Part shown: positions 30,501-38,651 of the stretch, one piece after another | How the letters are laid out: every line of letters starts with the position of its first letter | Position numbering within the stretch: position 1 is the stretch's first letter | DNA from: Planctomycetota bacterium | Lineage (GTDB): Bacteria > Planctomycetota > PLA2 > JAEUHO01 | NCBI GenBank assembly: GCA_965223505.1 | Contig: CBDCWP010000039.1 | Span: forward strand, 224,001-288,000 | Reading direction: 5' to 3' | DNA length: 64,000 nt | Translations under genes and position numbers: made by a program | The notes under the pieces: model-generated | Told to the model about the DNA's origin: nothing | Seen by the model: the letters and a program-made list of their open reading frames with translations, nothing else | Database searches by the model: none

Positions 30501-30946
30501 GCGCCCGGGTGCGCGCCGACGGCGTCGTCGTCGCCACGCGCACCGACGCGCGCGGCCGGTTCGATCTCACCCCTCACTTCGGTGGCGAAGCCCGCGTCAC
30601 CGTGACCGTCACCCACGAGCGCTATCGAGCCGCCGTCAACGTGCCGGCGCCGGACCTTTCGCGCGTGCGCGTACAGGCGCGCGCGACGGGGACGATCGCG
30701 GGCCGCGTCGTCGCCGCCGGCGGCAATCCGCTCTCCGGCATGTCCGTTCGGCTCGTGTACGACGACCCGCCTCCCGTTCGGGCCGTGACGGACGCCGACG
30801 GCGTCTTCGTGTTGGCCGGCGTGTACGCGGGCCGAGGACGCATCGAGCTGCGGACGAACGCCGAGCAGGACACGGCGGACGTTGGCAGGGAGGTCGACAT
30901 CCCGCGGTGGACACGCCTCGACCTCGGCGATCTGGTCATGCCGTAG
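27599..30946 (+). CDS. ECF sigma-70 factor fused via a TM helix to carboxypeptidase-regulatory-like repeats
   Basis: DARDVVQSTF..FWLLRIAVN (sigma2), LSLAEVAHILELPKSTVQSR (sigma4), TM segment, repeated GRVVD..G.P..GA.V. Confidence 0.88.
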   Translation: MKQDQELLQAWLAHEDRDALGELFGRHYPAVYQVVLRLVHHETDARDVVQSTFLKALRKADTIRQPDRLRFWLLRIAVNEARQHHRRARPAVSLDDLADVFEEARRATVEHRASRREFELALEQALETMPERLKTPLVLHYYQSLSLAEVAHILELPKSTVQSRCERAVRLLRKRFRRSDNAALLPGLAAYLPDLASTASTSAVPLAAGALLVKVWIPIAAVVFALAWFLVGALQSGDPDRNDMARDPSPQLGDLPADAATNGAPRLQPTDRDPPREPDVAKRVVASEGPGRIRGRVVALRTGRGVSGAEIRLVRSAAARSAPREAASFENVYVSGPDGRFVCDELPAPDVFDLCVRHPDFGYAEAFAVPTATEGEARDLGVVFLRAPHRLEGRVVDERGKPVAGADVRAGTWREQRDAVTFELSAFALRGATTTSDAAGRFALDGLPAGVHRLRIDRTGYATALLGAVRVPDAGVLDVVLLAQSNVLGRIVDDAGEAVEGARIMLSISESRRRGAQGVVRTVPWKTVRSDAGGRFPMSPLPGGEGFELVVEASHPGHADLWMEQPIPQQGVFEVTLQRRVIPSGHRVRVTPVVASGAIARDAKGRLVLLQQEGDLELAVAFDADRGLFEIDDVAPGAWYARLAVSGFAPVAQSIDVGDGPLELNITLQRGRTLRGRILDAVTGEPIAGATIGRPDSEAHVVVSDETGAYLLPGLDLAEGRLHVGALHAYAPGYLARGVNVRWPSGDVAEQDVKLLPRSALVSVPGTVTVDGQPVLGARVALQPTRGSSTRYGASSRADGSFRLTGLHPDHLAAPAILRVDHPRFAPHTALRVVAAGEPLQIVLESGRSVSGRVVDIENRPVAGATVGFVTGTDAGVIQEDQVWALSGRLQRAGTSMPDGRFVLDRVPSGAGRVLAFHQHGRWVAKDGDAAGATIAAAGDVDGVELRLEIGRTLRGVVVDDDGRPLAGARVRADGVVVATRTDARGRFDLTPHFGGEARVTVTVTHERYRAAVNVPAPDLSRVRVQARATGTIAGRVVAAGGNPLSGMSVRLVYDDPPPVRAVTDADGVFVLAGVYAGRGRIELRTNAEQDTADVGREVDIPRWTRLDLGDLVMP

Positions 30947-31044
30947 CCCGGATCCACTACTTCAGTCCCGATGCATGCGTCGGTGTCGCATCAGCCCGGT
31001 GCCACGACGGACGGATCGGCGTTACCTGCAGAGGAGAAACCGCA

Positions 31045-31749
31045 ATGATCACCAGAGTGTTCGTCGTGTCCGCATGTCTCGTGCTCCTCTTCGCCTCGCC
31101 GGCGTCGGCCGAAAATGCGAAGCAGCCCGACACACCGAAGTCCCTTGCCAAAGCGCTCAAGAAGGGCCTTGGCGACGGCAAGACCGGCGGGCTGTGGGAG
31201 CGCGCGGCGGCGTTGAAGGGGAAGTTCTCCGACAAGGAGATGCAGCCCCTCGTCAAGGCGCTCGGCCGCGCGTTCAATCAGAGCAACAAGAACTTCAAGA
31301 TCCTCGCTCTGAAGACGCTCGCCGAGCTCGGCGTTCCCGGGTCGTACGGGCAGTTCTCGAAGCTGATGAAGATCCCCAAGAAGGTCGAGGGCCGAGAGAC
31401 GCGGGCGATCTACCTGCAGGCGATCAAGTCCGCGGGGGCGCTGCACGAGGAAAACGCCCTGGCCGACATCGAGAAGCTGCTCGAGCATCCGGACACGTCC
31501 TTCGCGCGCGGCGCAGTCTGGGCGCTGGCCGGGTACGTCGATCTGGAAGCGAAGAAGAAAGACAAGCTGATTCAGCGCCTCGTGAAGAACCTTGCGGCGC
31601 TCGAGCGCCAGACGAAGGACAAGAAAACCGAGATCAGCAAGCGCGCGACGACGCTCGTTCCGCACGTGAACACGACGCTCGAGAAGCTGACCGGCGAAGA
31701 GGGGCCCAAGACCGCCGCGGAGTGGGAAGAACGCCTCGCCGGCAAGTAG
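31045..31749 (+). CDS. Secreted HEAT-like helical protein
   Basis: GAGGAG RBS; signal peptide ending ASA; helical repeats. Confidence 0.75.
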   Translation: MITRVFVVSACLVLLFASPASAENAKQPDTPKSLAKALKKGLGDGKTGGLWERAAALKGKFSDKEMQPLVKALGRAFNQSNKNFKILALKTLAELGVPGSYGQFSKLMKIPKKVEGRETRAIYLQAIKSAGALHEENALADIEKLLEHPDTSFARGAVWALAGYVDLEAKKKDKLIQRLVKNLAALERQTKDKKTEISKRATTLVPHVNTTLEKLTGEEGPKTAAEWEERLAGK

Positions 31750-31821
31750 GTACGGGGCGACCCGGATCGACATGCAAGGTGTCGGGTTTCAACCACCGTC
31801 CCGGCCCCTTACGCTACCCCG

Positions 31822-32196
31822 ATGGCGGAACACGACTTCGTCGTCCTCACCGAAGAGAGCTCGTCCGTGCGCGCGCACTGGATCGCGGGGGCGATCAAGG
31901 CGCACGACATTCCCGTTCACGTCGTCGAGGACGAACGAGCCGACGAGTTCGCCATGGCGCAGAAGCTGATGGGCACCGCGCTCGTTCAGGTGCTCGTTCC
32001 CGAAGGCCGGCTCACCGAGGCGCGCACGATCTTCCTAAACCTCAGCCAGCCGATTCCCCTGATCGACGACGAGAACGAAGGGGACGAAGAGGACGACGAA
32101 CCGCCGCCTTCGATGATTCCGGCGCCGCTGCGAATCGCCGGCATGATCTTCGTCGCATTGCTCGTGCTCGGCACCCTGTGGATCTTGCTGGGCTGA
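31822..32196 (+). CDS. DUF2007-like protein with C-terminal TM helix
   Basis: AHWIAGAIKAHDIPVHV...VQVLVPE...EAR. Confidence 0.65.
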   Translation: MAEHDFVVLTEESSSVRAHWIAGAIKAHDIPVHVVEDERADEFAMAQKLMGTALVQVLVPEGRLTEARTIFLNLSQPIPLIDDENEGDEEDDEPPPSMIPAPLRIAGMIFVALLVLGTLWILLG

Positions 32197-32215
32197 CGAG
32201 CGGGCGCGGGCGGCG

Positions 32216-32581
32216 TCAGCCGTTCAAGGCTGCGACGAGCTTCTTCACCGAGAGCAGGCCGTACTCGAAGACGAACTCCTGATCGTTCGTGAGCCGGACG
32301 ACGGCGCGCTTCATCAACCCCTTCCGCGCCGCTTCCGCCTGCTTGATCAACGAACGGGGAATCACGATCTCCGCGTCCGAGCCCTCCTCGCGCAACGCCA
32401 CTAGATTCCCACCGGTGCCGACGAACGAGCCCGCCGCCAGCCCGATGTTCTTCGCGATCGTCTTGAAGCTCGAGTCGTACAACGCGCGGAAGACGACGTC
32501 TTCCGCGCCGACGGTGAGCGTGCCCGTAAGGCGACCGCCCTCCGGGGGTAGGTAGTTGAGTGTCCACGACTTGCCTGCCAT
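32216..32581 (-). CDS. Hypothetical (PH-like) protein
   Basis: GGAGG RBS; GC3-rich codon use. Confidence 0.7.
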   Translation of the reverse strand: MAGKSWTLNYLPPEGGRLTGTLTVGAEDVVFRALYDSSFKTIAKNIGLAAGSFVGTGGNLVALREEGSDAEIVIPRSLIKQAEAARKGLMKRAVVRLTNDQEFVFEYGLLSVKKLVAALNG

Positions 32582-32675
32582 AGCGCCTCCGTTGTCGATC
32601 GTCGTCCCCACAGCGTAGCGGACCCCGAGCGATCGTGTCTCTCGAAGAAACGGCCGCGCGGTTCTGCGTCGCGCC

Positions 32676-33629
32676 CTACTCGACCCGGCTGAGCTTCCGC
32701 TTGCTCCCCGATGTCAGGACGACCTTGCCGCCGTGCGCGACCGGAAAGGGGCAGTGGGGAAACGTGTCCGGCTCGAGATGCCAGAGGTAGCGCTCTTTCT
32801 TCAGGTCGATTGCGATCACCCGCTTCTCGAACGAGACGATCAGGATGTCGCCGGTCTTCGCGAACACCGCCAGGTTCAGGGCGCCGCCGAACAGCCCCTC
32901 GTCGAACGAAAGGCCCAGATCCTTCGAGAGATCACGGTGCCACACGAGCTTGCCCGTCGCGGGCTCGAAGCAGAAGAGATGCTCGTTCGCCTCGACATAG
33001 AGCTCGTCATCGATGACCTGGAAGATCATCCGCGCCAACGGCTTCTTGCGCCCGGTGACGATGTCGTTGAGATCGACCGCCCAAGCCTCTTCTTTCGCGC
33101 CGGCCTCGAGCGCGTGAATCACGCCCTCGTCGCTCATGTAGCTGAAGGCGTAGTACAAGAGGTTCTTCCAACAGGCCGCCCGATGCGGATACCCCTTCGT
33201 GTCGACCTTCCACACCACGTCGCCCGACTTGTCCTCGAACACGAAGGACTTGTCGTTGCCCGGGTTGAACACGCGCAGCCGCCAGCCGTTCGCGAGCTCG
33301 ATCTTCGGCAGCGGCCAGAACACCCCCGAGCGCGCCTTCGCCTTGGAGGCATCCGCTTGAAAAGCGTCCGTCTTCTTGCCGGTCGCGGGGTCGAGATGGA
33401 CGGGCTTCGTTCGATTCGCGCCGTCGTAATGGGGGAACATGACGACGCCGCGATCGTGCCACTCGAAATGCGCGTCGCTCAGCTTCGCCGGTGTGTGCGT
33501 CCACAGCAGCTTGCCGGTGCGCGCGTCCAGACAGATGACCTCGTTGTCGGTCTTCGCCTCCCAAGAGTCGGCCCAGGCGGGTAGGACCAGCAGCAAGATC
33601 AGCAGCGAAGCGTGTACGGCGCGACCCAT
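32676..33629 (-). CDS. PQQ-like beta-propeller secreted protein
   Basis: Signal peptide; CLDARTGKLLW and CFEPATGKLVW repeats. Confidence 0.8.
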   Translation of the reverse strand: MGRAVHASLLILLLVLPAWADSWEAKTDNEVICLDARTGKLLWTHTPAKLSDAHFEWHDRGVVMFPHYDGANRTKPVHLDPATGKKTDAFQADASKAKARSGVFWPLPKIELANGWRLRVFNPGNDKSFVFEDKSGDVVWKVDTKGYPHRAACWKNLLYYAFSYMSDEGVIHALEAGAKEEAWAVDLNDIVTGRKKPLARMIFQVIDDELYVEANEHLFCFEPATGKLVWHRDLSKDLGLSFDEGLFGGALNLAVFAKTGDILIVSFEKRVIAIDLKKERYLWHLEPDTFPHCPFPVAHGGKVVLTSGSKRKLSRVE

Positions 33630-33701
33630 GGCTCAAAGGCTAGACGGATTCCGGGCCGCCGTTCGTGCGCGGGCGACCGAACCGGTACTCACGCCCCGGG
33701 G

Positions 33702-34130
33702 CTAGACGTCGGCCCAGGTCGTGCGCGCGACCGCGGCGCAGGCGCCGATACTCAGGAATACCGGGATGAGCGCGACGTAGAAGGAGCGATCGAGTGGAAC
33801 GAGAAGCACCGAGATGACGGCACCCAGCGCGACCGCCAGCACGGACGCGGCGCCGGCCATGACGGAGGGAATCCACCCGGCGAAGTTCACCGCGTCGTTC
33901 AAGCCGCGTCCGAAGACCAAGCCGACCGTCACTCCCGAGGCCAGGCTGAAACATGCGATCATGATCATGAATGCGGAGAACTCGTCGGCGACGGCGCCCA
34001 GGTTGGCCCAAAGGCTGAGTATCAGCATGAGCGCTGCCGCCAGCAGGACGCCCCAGGGCGCCCGCCTGGTGAGGAACCGGCGCACGTCGTGAACGCCCTC
34101 GGTGAGCGTCCATGGCTCGTGTTCGTTCAC
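33702..34130 (-). CDS. Membrane protein
   Basis: About four hydrophobic segments. Confidence 0.6.
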   Translation of the reverse strand: MNEHEPWTLTEGVHDVRRFLTRRAPWGVLLAAALMLILSLWANLGAVADEFSAFMIMIACFSLASGVTVGLVFGRGLNDAVNFAGWIPSVMAGAASVLAVALGAVISVLLVPLDRSFYVALIPVFLSIGACAAVARTTWADV

Positions 34131-34215
34131 GGCGCGATGATACAGGGCCAGGCGCCGGTTCACGGGCCGACCGAAGCGCATCCGTTCGAGGACGCCGGGG
34201 TATCTTCGGCCCCTC

Positions 34216-34644
34216 ATGGATGAGACGCTCACACGCGCGCGGGAGATTCTCGACCGGCGCACCGCCATTGCGATGCTGGCGACGACCGCGCCGAACGGTC
34301 AGCCGGACGTGTGCCTGCTCATCGCGCCGCGCCTCACCGACGACGACAAGCTCGCCGGCGGCGAAGAGGAGTCCGTCTGCGGGCAGGCCTTCAAGAACCT
34401 GCGGCGCAGCCCGCGCGCGACGGTGCTCGTGCTCGATCCGATCATGGACCCGCGCGCGCGTGACGGCGTGCGTCTGGAGGTCGAGTTCCTCGGCGCTGAA
34501 GAAGACGGCGAAGAGCTCGGTCACCTCAGCCAGTGGCTCGAGAGCTTCGCGCCAGGACGACGCGTCGTTCGCCGGCTGATCTTCAAGCTGCTCAACGTGA
34601 GCCCGTACCGGCCGCCCGAGAAGGGGCCCGTGCTCCTGCGGTAG
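34216..34644 (+). CDS. Pyridoxamine 5'-phosphate oxidase-like protein
   Basis: MLATTAPNGQPDV...FKNLRRSPRATV. Confidence 0.75.
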   Translation: MDETLTRAREILDRRTAIAMLATTAPNGQPDVCLLIAPRLTDDDKLAGGEEESVCGQAFKNLRRSPRATVLVLDPIMDPRARDGVRLEVEFLGAEEDGEELGHLSQWLESFAPGRRVVRRLIFKLLNVSPYRPPEKGPVLLR

Positions 34645-35622
34645 CTACGGCGTCGGCTGCGAGACCGGCCGCTGCTCCATCTTCAGCCGCATTCGGACTT
34701 CCGTGCCCGACTCGTTCCAGCTCACGTCGTCCATGTAGTGCTGCATCAGCGTGATGCCGCGGCCGTGGAGCGCCGTGGTGTCCGCGAGCGGCTGCACGCG
34801 CGCCTTTTGGTGGTCGAAGCCCCGGCCTTCGTCGCGAACGCGAAACTCCACGCTCCCGTGACCGTATTCGACGGACACGTGAATCTCGCGCTTCGCGAGC
34901 TCCTCGTCCTGCATGCGCTGCTGGATCAACGCGCCGACGCCACCGGGCTCCGCCATCGCCTTCGTCTTCTCGTCGAAGCTGATTCCGAGATTGCCGTGCT
35001 CGAGCGCGTTCGCGAGCGCTTCGTACAACGCGAGCTTGATCTCGGTGACGGGGATCTCGTAGGTCGGGTAGTTGTTCTGAAGCTCGCGGCCGAGGTAGGC
35101 GACGATCTTCGAGAGCATGGCCTGGTCGTTCGGGATGCTCAGCTCCGTCACGCGTCGCTCGACCGAGGCGAGCATCTCGACGACGTCGGCGTCTTCCTCG
35201 ATCGCGCGATAGACGCGGTCGAGGACGAACTCGATCTCGTCGGGGATCAGCGGCTTCTGGAGGAAGTTGACGGCGCCCAGCTCGAGCGCCTCTTCGACCA
35301 TCTCCTTGTCGTTCGCCGCCGAGATGATCACGACCGACACGTGCGGGTCGAATTCGCGGATCTCCGAGAGGGCGGTGATCCCGTCCATCTTCGGCATCTG
35401 GATGTCGAGCAGGATCAGATCAGGGCGCCGCGCCCGCGTGATCTCCAGCGCGGCTTCGCCGTCCGCCGCCTCGAGCACGTCGAACTGATGGCGTTCCGCG
35501 AGGGCGACGAGGATCGCTCGAATGTCCGGCGCGTCGTCGACGATGAGAGCGAGCGGGGTGCGACGTGACTCGATGGCTCTACTCCTTCGCACCCATGATG
35601 TCGATCTCCGGTCGGCATTCAA
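34645..35622 (-). CDS. Response regulator with C-terminal HATPase_c (anti-sigma-like) domain
   Basis: LIVDD, LLDIQMPKMDG, FLQKP; EALANALEHGN, VRDEGRGF, GRGI. Confidence 0.88.
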   Translation of the reverse strand: MNADRRSTSWVRRSRAIESRRTPLALIVDDAPDIRAILVALAERHQFDVLEAADGEAALEITRARRPDLILLDIQMPKMDGITALSEIREFDPHVSVVIISAANDKEMVEEALELGAVNFLQKPLIPDEIEFVLDRVYRAIEEDADVVEMLASVERRVTELSIPNDQAMLSKIVAYLGRELQNNYPTYEIPVTEIKLALYEALANALEHGNLGISFDEKTKAMAEPGGVGALIQQRMQDEELAKREIHVSVEYGHGSVEFRVRDEGRGFDHQKARVQPLADTTALHGRGITLMQHYMDDVSWNESGTEVRMRLKMEQRPVSQPTP

Positions 35623-35786
35623 CCCGGCCGTTCGCCACTCTCCAAGGCTCCCGTTTCGGGGAAGCCTGGCGCCGCCCCGGCCGGTTCCCTATTCTCCCTC
35701 AGCCTCTCAGAATCCAGGGTGCGGGTCGACCCCCCGCCGCGTTCTTGAGAGGGGCGGACCCGAACCAACTGCCGCGCGGAGGACGC

Positions 35787-38588
35787 TTGAGCACCGACGA
35801 CCGAGTCGCCTGCCCGAGCTGCGGGACGCGCTTTCGCGTCGCATCCGCCGACGTCCCCGAAGGCGGCAAGGGCCTCAAGGCCCGCTGTCGGCAGTGCAAG
35901 AACGAGTTTCGGGTGACGAACGTCGGCGGCGCGCTGTCCGTTCGGTCCGAGGCCGCAGCGGCGCCCGCCGAAGCGCCCCCGGAGCCGGCGAAGAAGAAGG
36001 CGGCGTCCCGCAAGCGGGCCGCGCGCAAGCGCAAGCGTGTCGCCACCGCGCCGCCGGCCGAGAACGACAAGCCGGCGATCGACCCGCGCGTCGGGATGTC
36101 GACGGAGGGATTCGACACCGGCGACCGAGCCGGCCGCTACGAGATCGAAGGCGTGCTCGGCCGCGGCGGCATGGGCACCGTCTATCAGGCCTACGATCCC
36201 GCCGCCAACCGGCACGTCGCGTTGAAGATCCTGTCGACCAACACCCATGAGCTCGACGCCCTTCGGTTCCAGCGCGAGGTCGAGGTCCAGGGCAACATCC
36301 AGCACGCCCACATCATGCCGATCTTCGACTCGGGCATGGTGGGCGACCGGCGCTTCTACACGATGGAGCTTCTGAAGGACCCGCTGGACCTGCGCGCGAT
36401 CACGTCGATGGCGCGCACAGGCGAGCTTCAGAAGGACCCGCGTTTGCGTTCGTTGGCGCGCATCGAGGGCATGATCGAGCGCATCATGCTCCCGATCTGC
36501 GAGGCCGTGTATCACGCGAACGTGAACGAGGGCGTCCTGCACCGCGACATCAAGCCCGCCAACGTGCTGCTGGACCGCAAGGGCCTGCGCCCCTGGCTCA
36601 TCGACTTCGGCGTCTCGACGATCCTCGACAAGAGCAATGCGCGGCTCGCTCACCTCGACCGCGAGAATCCGATTCCGCTGAGCGGCACGGGGATCCGCGT
36701 GACGGGCACGCTGGCGTTCATGCCGTCGGAGCAGGCGCGGGGCGAGGCGAGCCGGCGCGGCGACGTCTGGGCGCTTGGCGCCTTGCTGCACTACCTGGTC
36801 ACCGGTGAGCCGCCGCTCGAGCCCGCGGTGCGACCGCAGGTTCCTCGAGCGGAGCGCATTCGTGGTCTGAAGATGCTGATCGAGATGGCGCGGCGGGACG
36901 GCCGCGACGACGAGATCGCCGAATTCGAGCGCAAGCTGGACGAGATCGAGTCGGGGAGCGAGCGCACGGTCGAGGACCTTCAGCGCGACGTCTCGCTCGG
37001 CCGGTATCAGCAGCGCCCGCAGGGACTGAGCCGCGGGTTGGATGCCATCATCGAGAAGGCGATGTCGGTGGACACCGCCCGCCGCTATCGACATGCCTTG
37101 GAGCTCAAGGGCGATCTCATTGCGTGGCTCCAAGGCCGGCCGGTGCGCGCCCTGGTCAAGTCGTCCGGCGCGGCCGGGAGCGCTTGGTACCGGACGCGCC
37201 TCTACCTACGACGCCATCGCACCGGACTCCTCGCGCTCGGCGCCATCGCCTTGGCCGTGTTGGCGGTGGTCTTCTGGCCGTCGTCCGACGGCCGCGACAT
37301 CGAAGCGGAGGTCGCGAAGCAGCTCGACGCCGCCTACGCCCACGAAGCCGCGGGTCGAATCGTCGATGCGCGCAACGCGGGCAAGGAAGCGCTGGTCCTC
37401 GATCCACGCAACGAAGACGTGTTCGCGCTGCTCCAGCGCCTCGACCGCGCGACCCGGCTCTTGATCGACTTCGAGCGCGCACGCGCGTTGCGCAAGGAAG
37501 CCGCGACGGCGTTCGCCGCGAACGAGACGGACACCGCGCTTGGCAAGCTGGCGGCGCTCGACGAAGTCCTGCGGGAACGGATTCTTCCGGTGCTGCCGGG
37601 GACCGCGCCAAAGGAGCGCCACGCCGAAGCCGAAGCGCTGCTGGCCTTCGCGAGAGCCGAGCAGCCGCTCGTCGTCACGAACGCGCCGCCGAACGCCGCA
37701 TACTTCCTGATTCCGGTTCTCGGAAGCGTCGGACCGACGCGCTGGGACGAGGCGCGCGAGCTCACGACCACGGACGGACAGCTCGTCGACGCCCGTGTTC
37801 GGTTCGGCAAGTGGATCCTGCGCATCCAAGCCGGCGAGGGCGAGGTGCTCGTTCCGTTCGAAGCCGACCCCGGCGCGCAGGGCGTGACGCTCGCGTGCCC
37901 GTTCGATCCGTCCAAGCTCGACGGCGGCACTCGCTACGTCGGCGCGGGGCGCCCGCGCTGTCCGCTCGGCGTGGTTCCGGTGACGGCCCTGCTCTGGGAC
38001 CGCACCGAGGTGACCGTGGAGCGCTACGCGCGGTTCCTGGACACGCTCGCGCCGGAGGAACGTCGCCGCCGCGTACCGCGCGTCGCCGGTGTGCTCGGCG
38101 CGCCCGAGCGCGTGCTCTGGGAACGTGACGGGGATCGCTTCAAGCCGCCGGCGGGGGCGTTGCGACTGCCGGTGGACGGCATCTCGCTCTACGACGCGCG
38201 GGCCTTCGCGCGCTGGGAGAAGAAGCGTTTGCCGACCGCGGCGGAGTGGAGCTGGGCGGCGACCGGTCCCGATGGACGCCTGTGCGCCGTCGGTCCCATC
38301 GAAGACCTCTGGAACGATACGGCGCACGTGGGCCGGCCGAGCGACGGCGTCGGCAGCATCGGCGTCATGTCGGCCGACCAAAGCCCGTTCGGTCTGCTCG
38401 ACATGGCCGGCAACGTCGCCGAGCTCACGTCCACCCTGACGACGCTCGACGGCGTGAACGGTTGGATCGTGATGGGGGGCTCGTACCTCGAAGGCCCAGC
38501 GCGCGCGATCGTGACCAACGGCCGCACCGTGCCCGGATGGCTGCCGCTGCAGGGCGTCGGGTTTCGCTGCGTGCGCGACGCCGAATGA
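35787..38588 (+). CDS. Ser/Thr protein kinase with N-terminal zinc ribbon and C-terminal FGE-sulfatase domain
   Basis: CPSC..CRQC; GRGGMG, VALK, HRDIKPAN, DFG; TM; TEVT, RLPTAAEW, DMAGNV, GFRC; GGAGG before TTG 35787. Confidence 0.9.
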   Translation: MSTDDRVACPSCGTRFRVASADVPEGGKGLKARCRQCKNEFRVTNVGGALSVRSEAAAAPAEAPPEPAKKKAASRKRAARKRKRVATAPPAENDKPAIDPRVGMSTEGFDTGDRAGRYEIEGVLGRGGMGTVYQAYDPAANRHVALKILSTNTHELDALRFQREVEVQGNIQHAHIMPIFDSGMVGDRRFYTMELLKDPLDLRAITSMARTGELQKDPRLRSLARIEGMIERIMLPICEAVYHANVNEGVLHRDIKPANVLLDRKGLRPWLIDFGVSTILDKSNARLAHLDRENPIPLSGTGIRVTGTLAFMPSEQARGEASRRGDVWALGALLHYLVTGEPPLEPAVRPQVPRAERIRGLKMLIEMARRDGRDDEIAEFERKLDEIESGSERTVEDLQRDVSLGRYQQRPQGLSRGLDAIIEKAMSVDTARRYRHALELKGDLIAWLQGRPVRALVKSSGAAGSAWYRTRLYLRRHRTGLLALGAIALAVLAVVFWPSSDGRDIEAEVAKQLDAAYAHEAAGRIVDARNAGKEALVLDPRNEDVFALLQRLDRATRLLIDFERARALRKEAATAFAANETDTALGKLAALDEVLRERILPVLPGTAPKERHAEAEALLAFARAEQPLVVTNAPPNAAYFLIPVLGSVGPTRWDEARELTTTDGQLVDARVRFGKWILRIQAGEGEVLVPFEADPGAQGVTLACPFDPSKLDGGTRYVGAGRPRCPLGVVPVTALLWDRTEVTVERYARFLDTLAPEERRRRVPRVAGVLGAPERVLWERDGDRFKPPAGALRLPVDGISLYDARAFARWEKKRLPTAAEWSWAATGPDGRLCAVGPIEDLWNDTAHVGRPSDGVGSIGVMSADQSPFGLLDMAGNVAELTSTLTTLDGVNGWIVMGGSYLEGPARAIVTNGRTVPGWLPLQGVGFRCVRDAE

Positions 38589-38591
38589 GGT

Positions 38592-38621
38592 GGAAGGGCG
38601 GCGCTCGCGCACCGCCCTTCC
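38592..38621. terminator. Hairpin between convergent genes
   Basis: GGAAGGGCGG...CCGCCCTTCC. Confidence 0.55.
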
Positions 38622-38651
38622 GTGTTCGAGGTTCGTCAGCCTGTCTACGCC

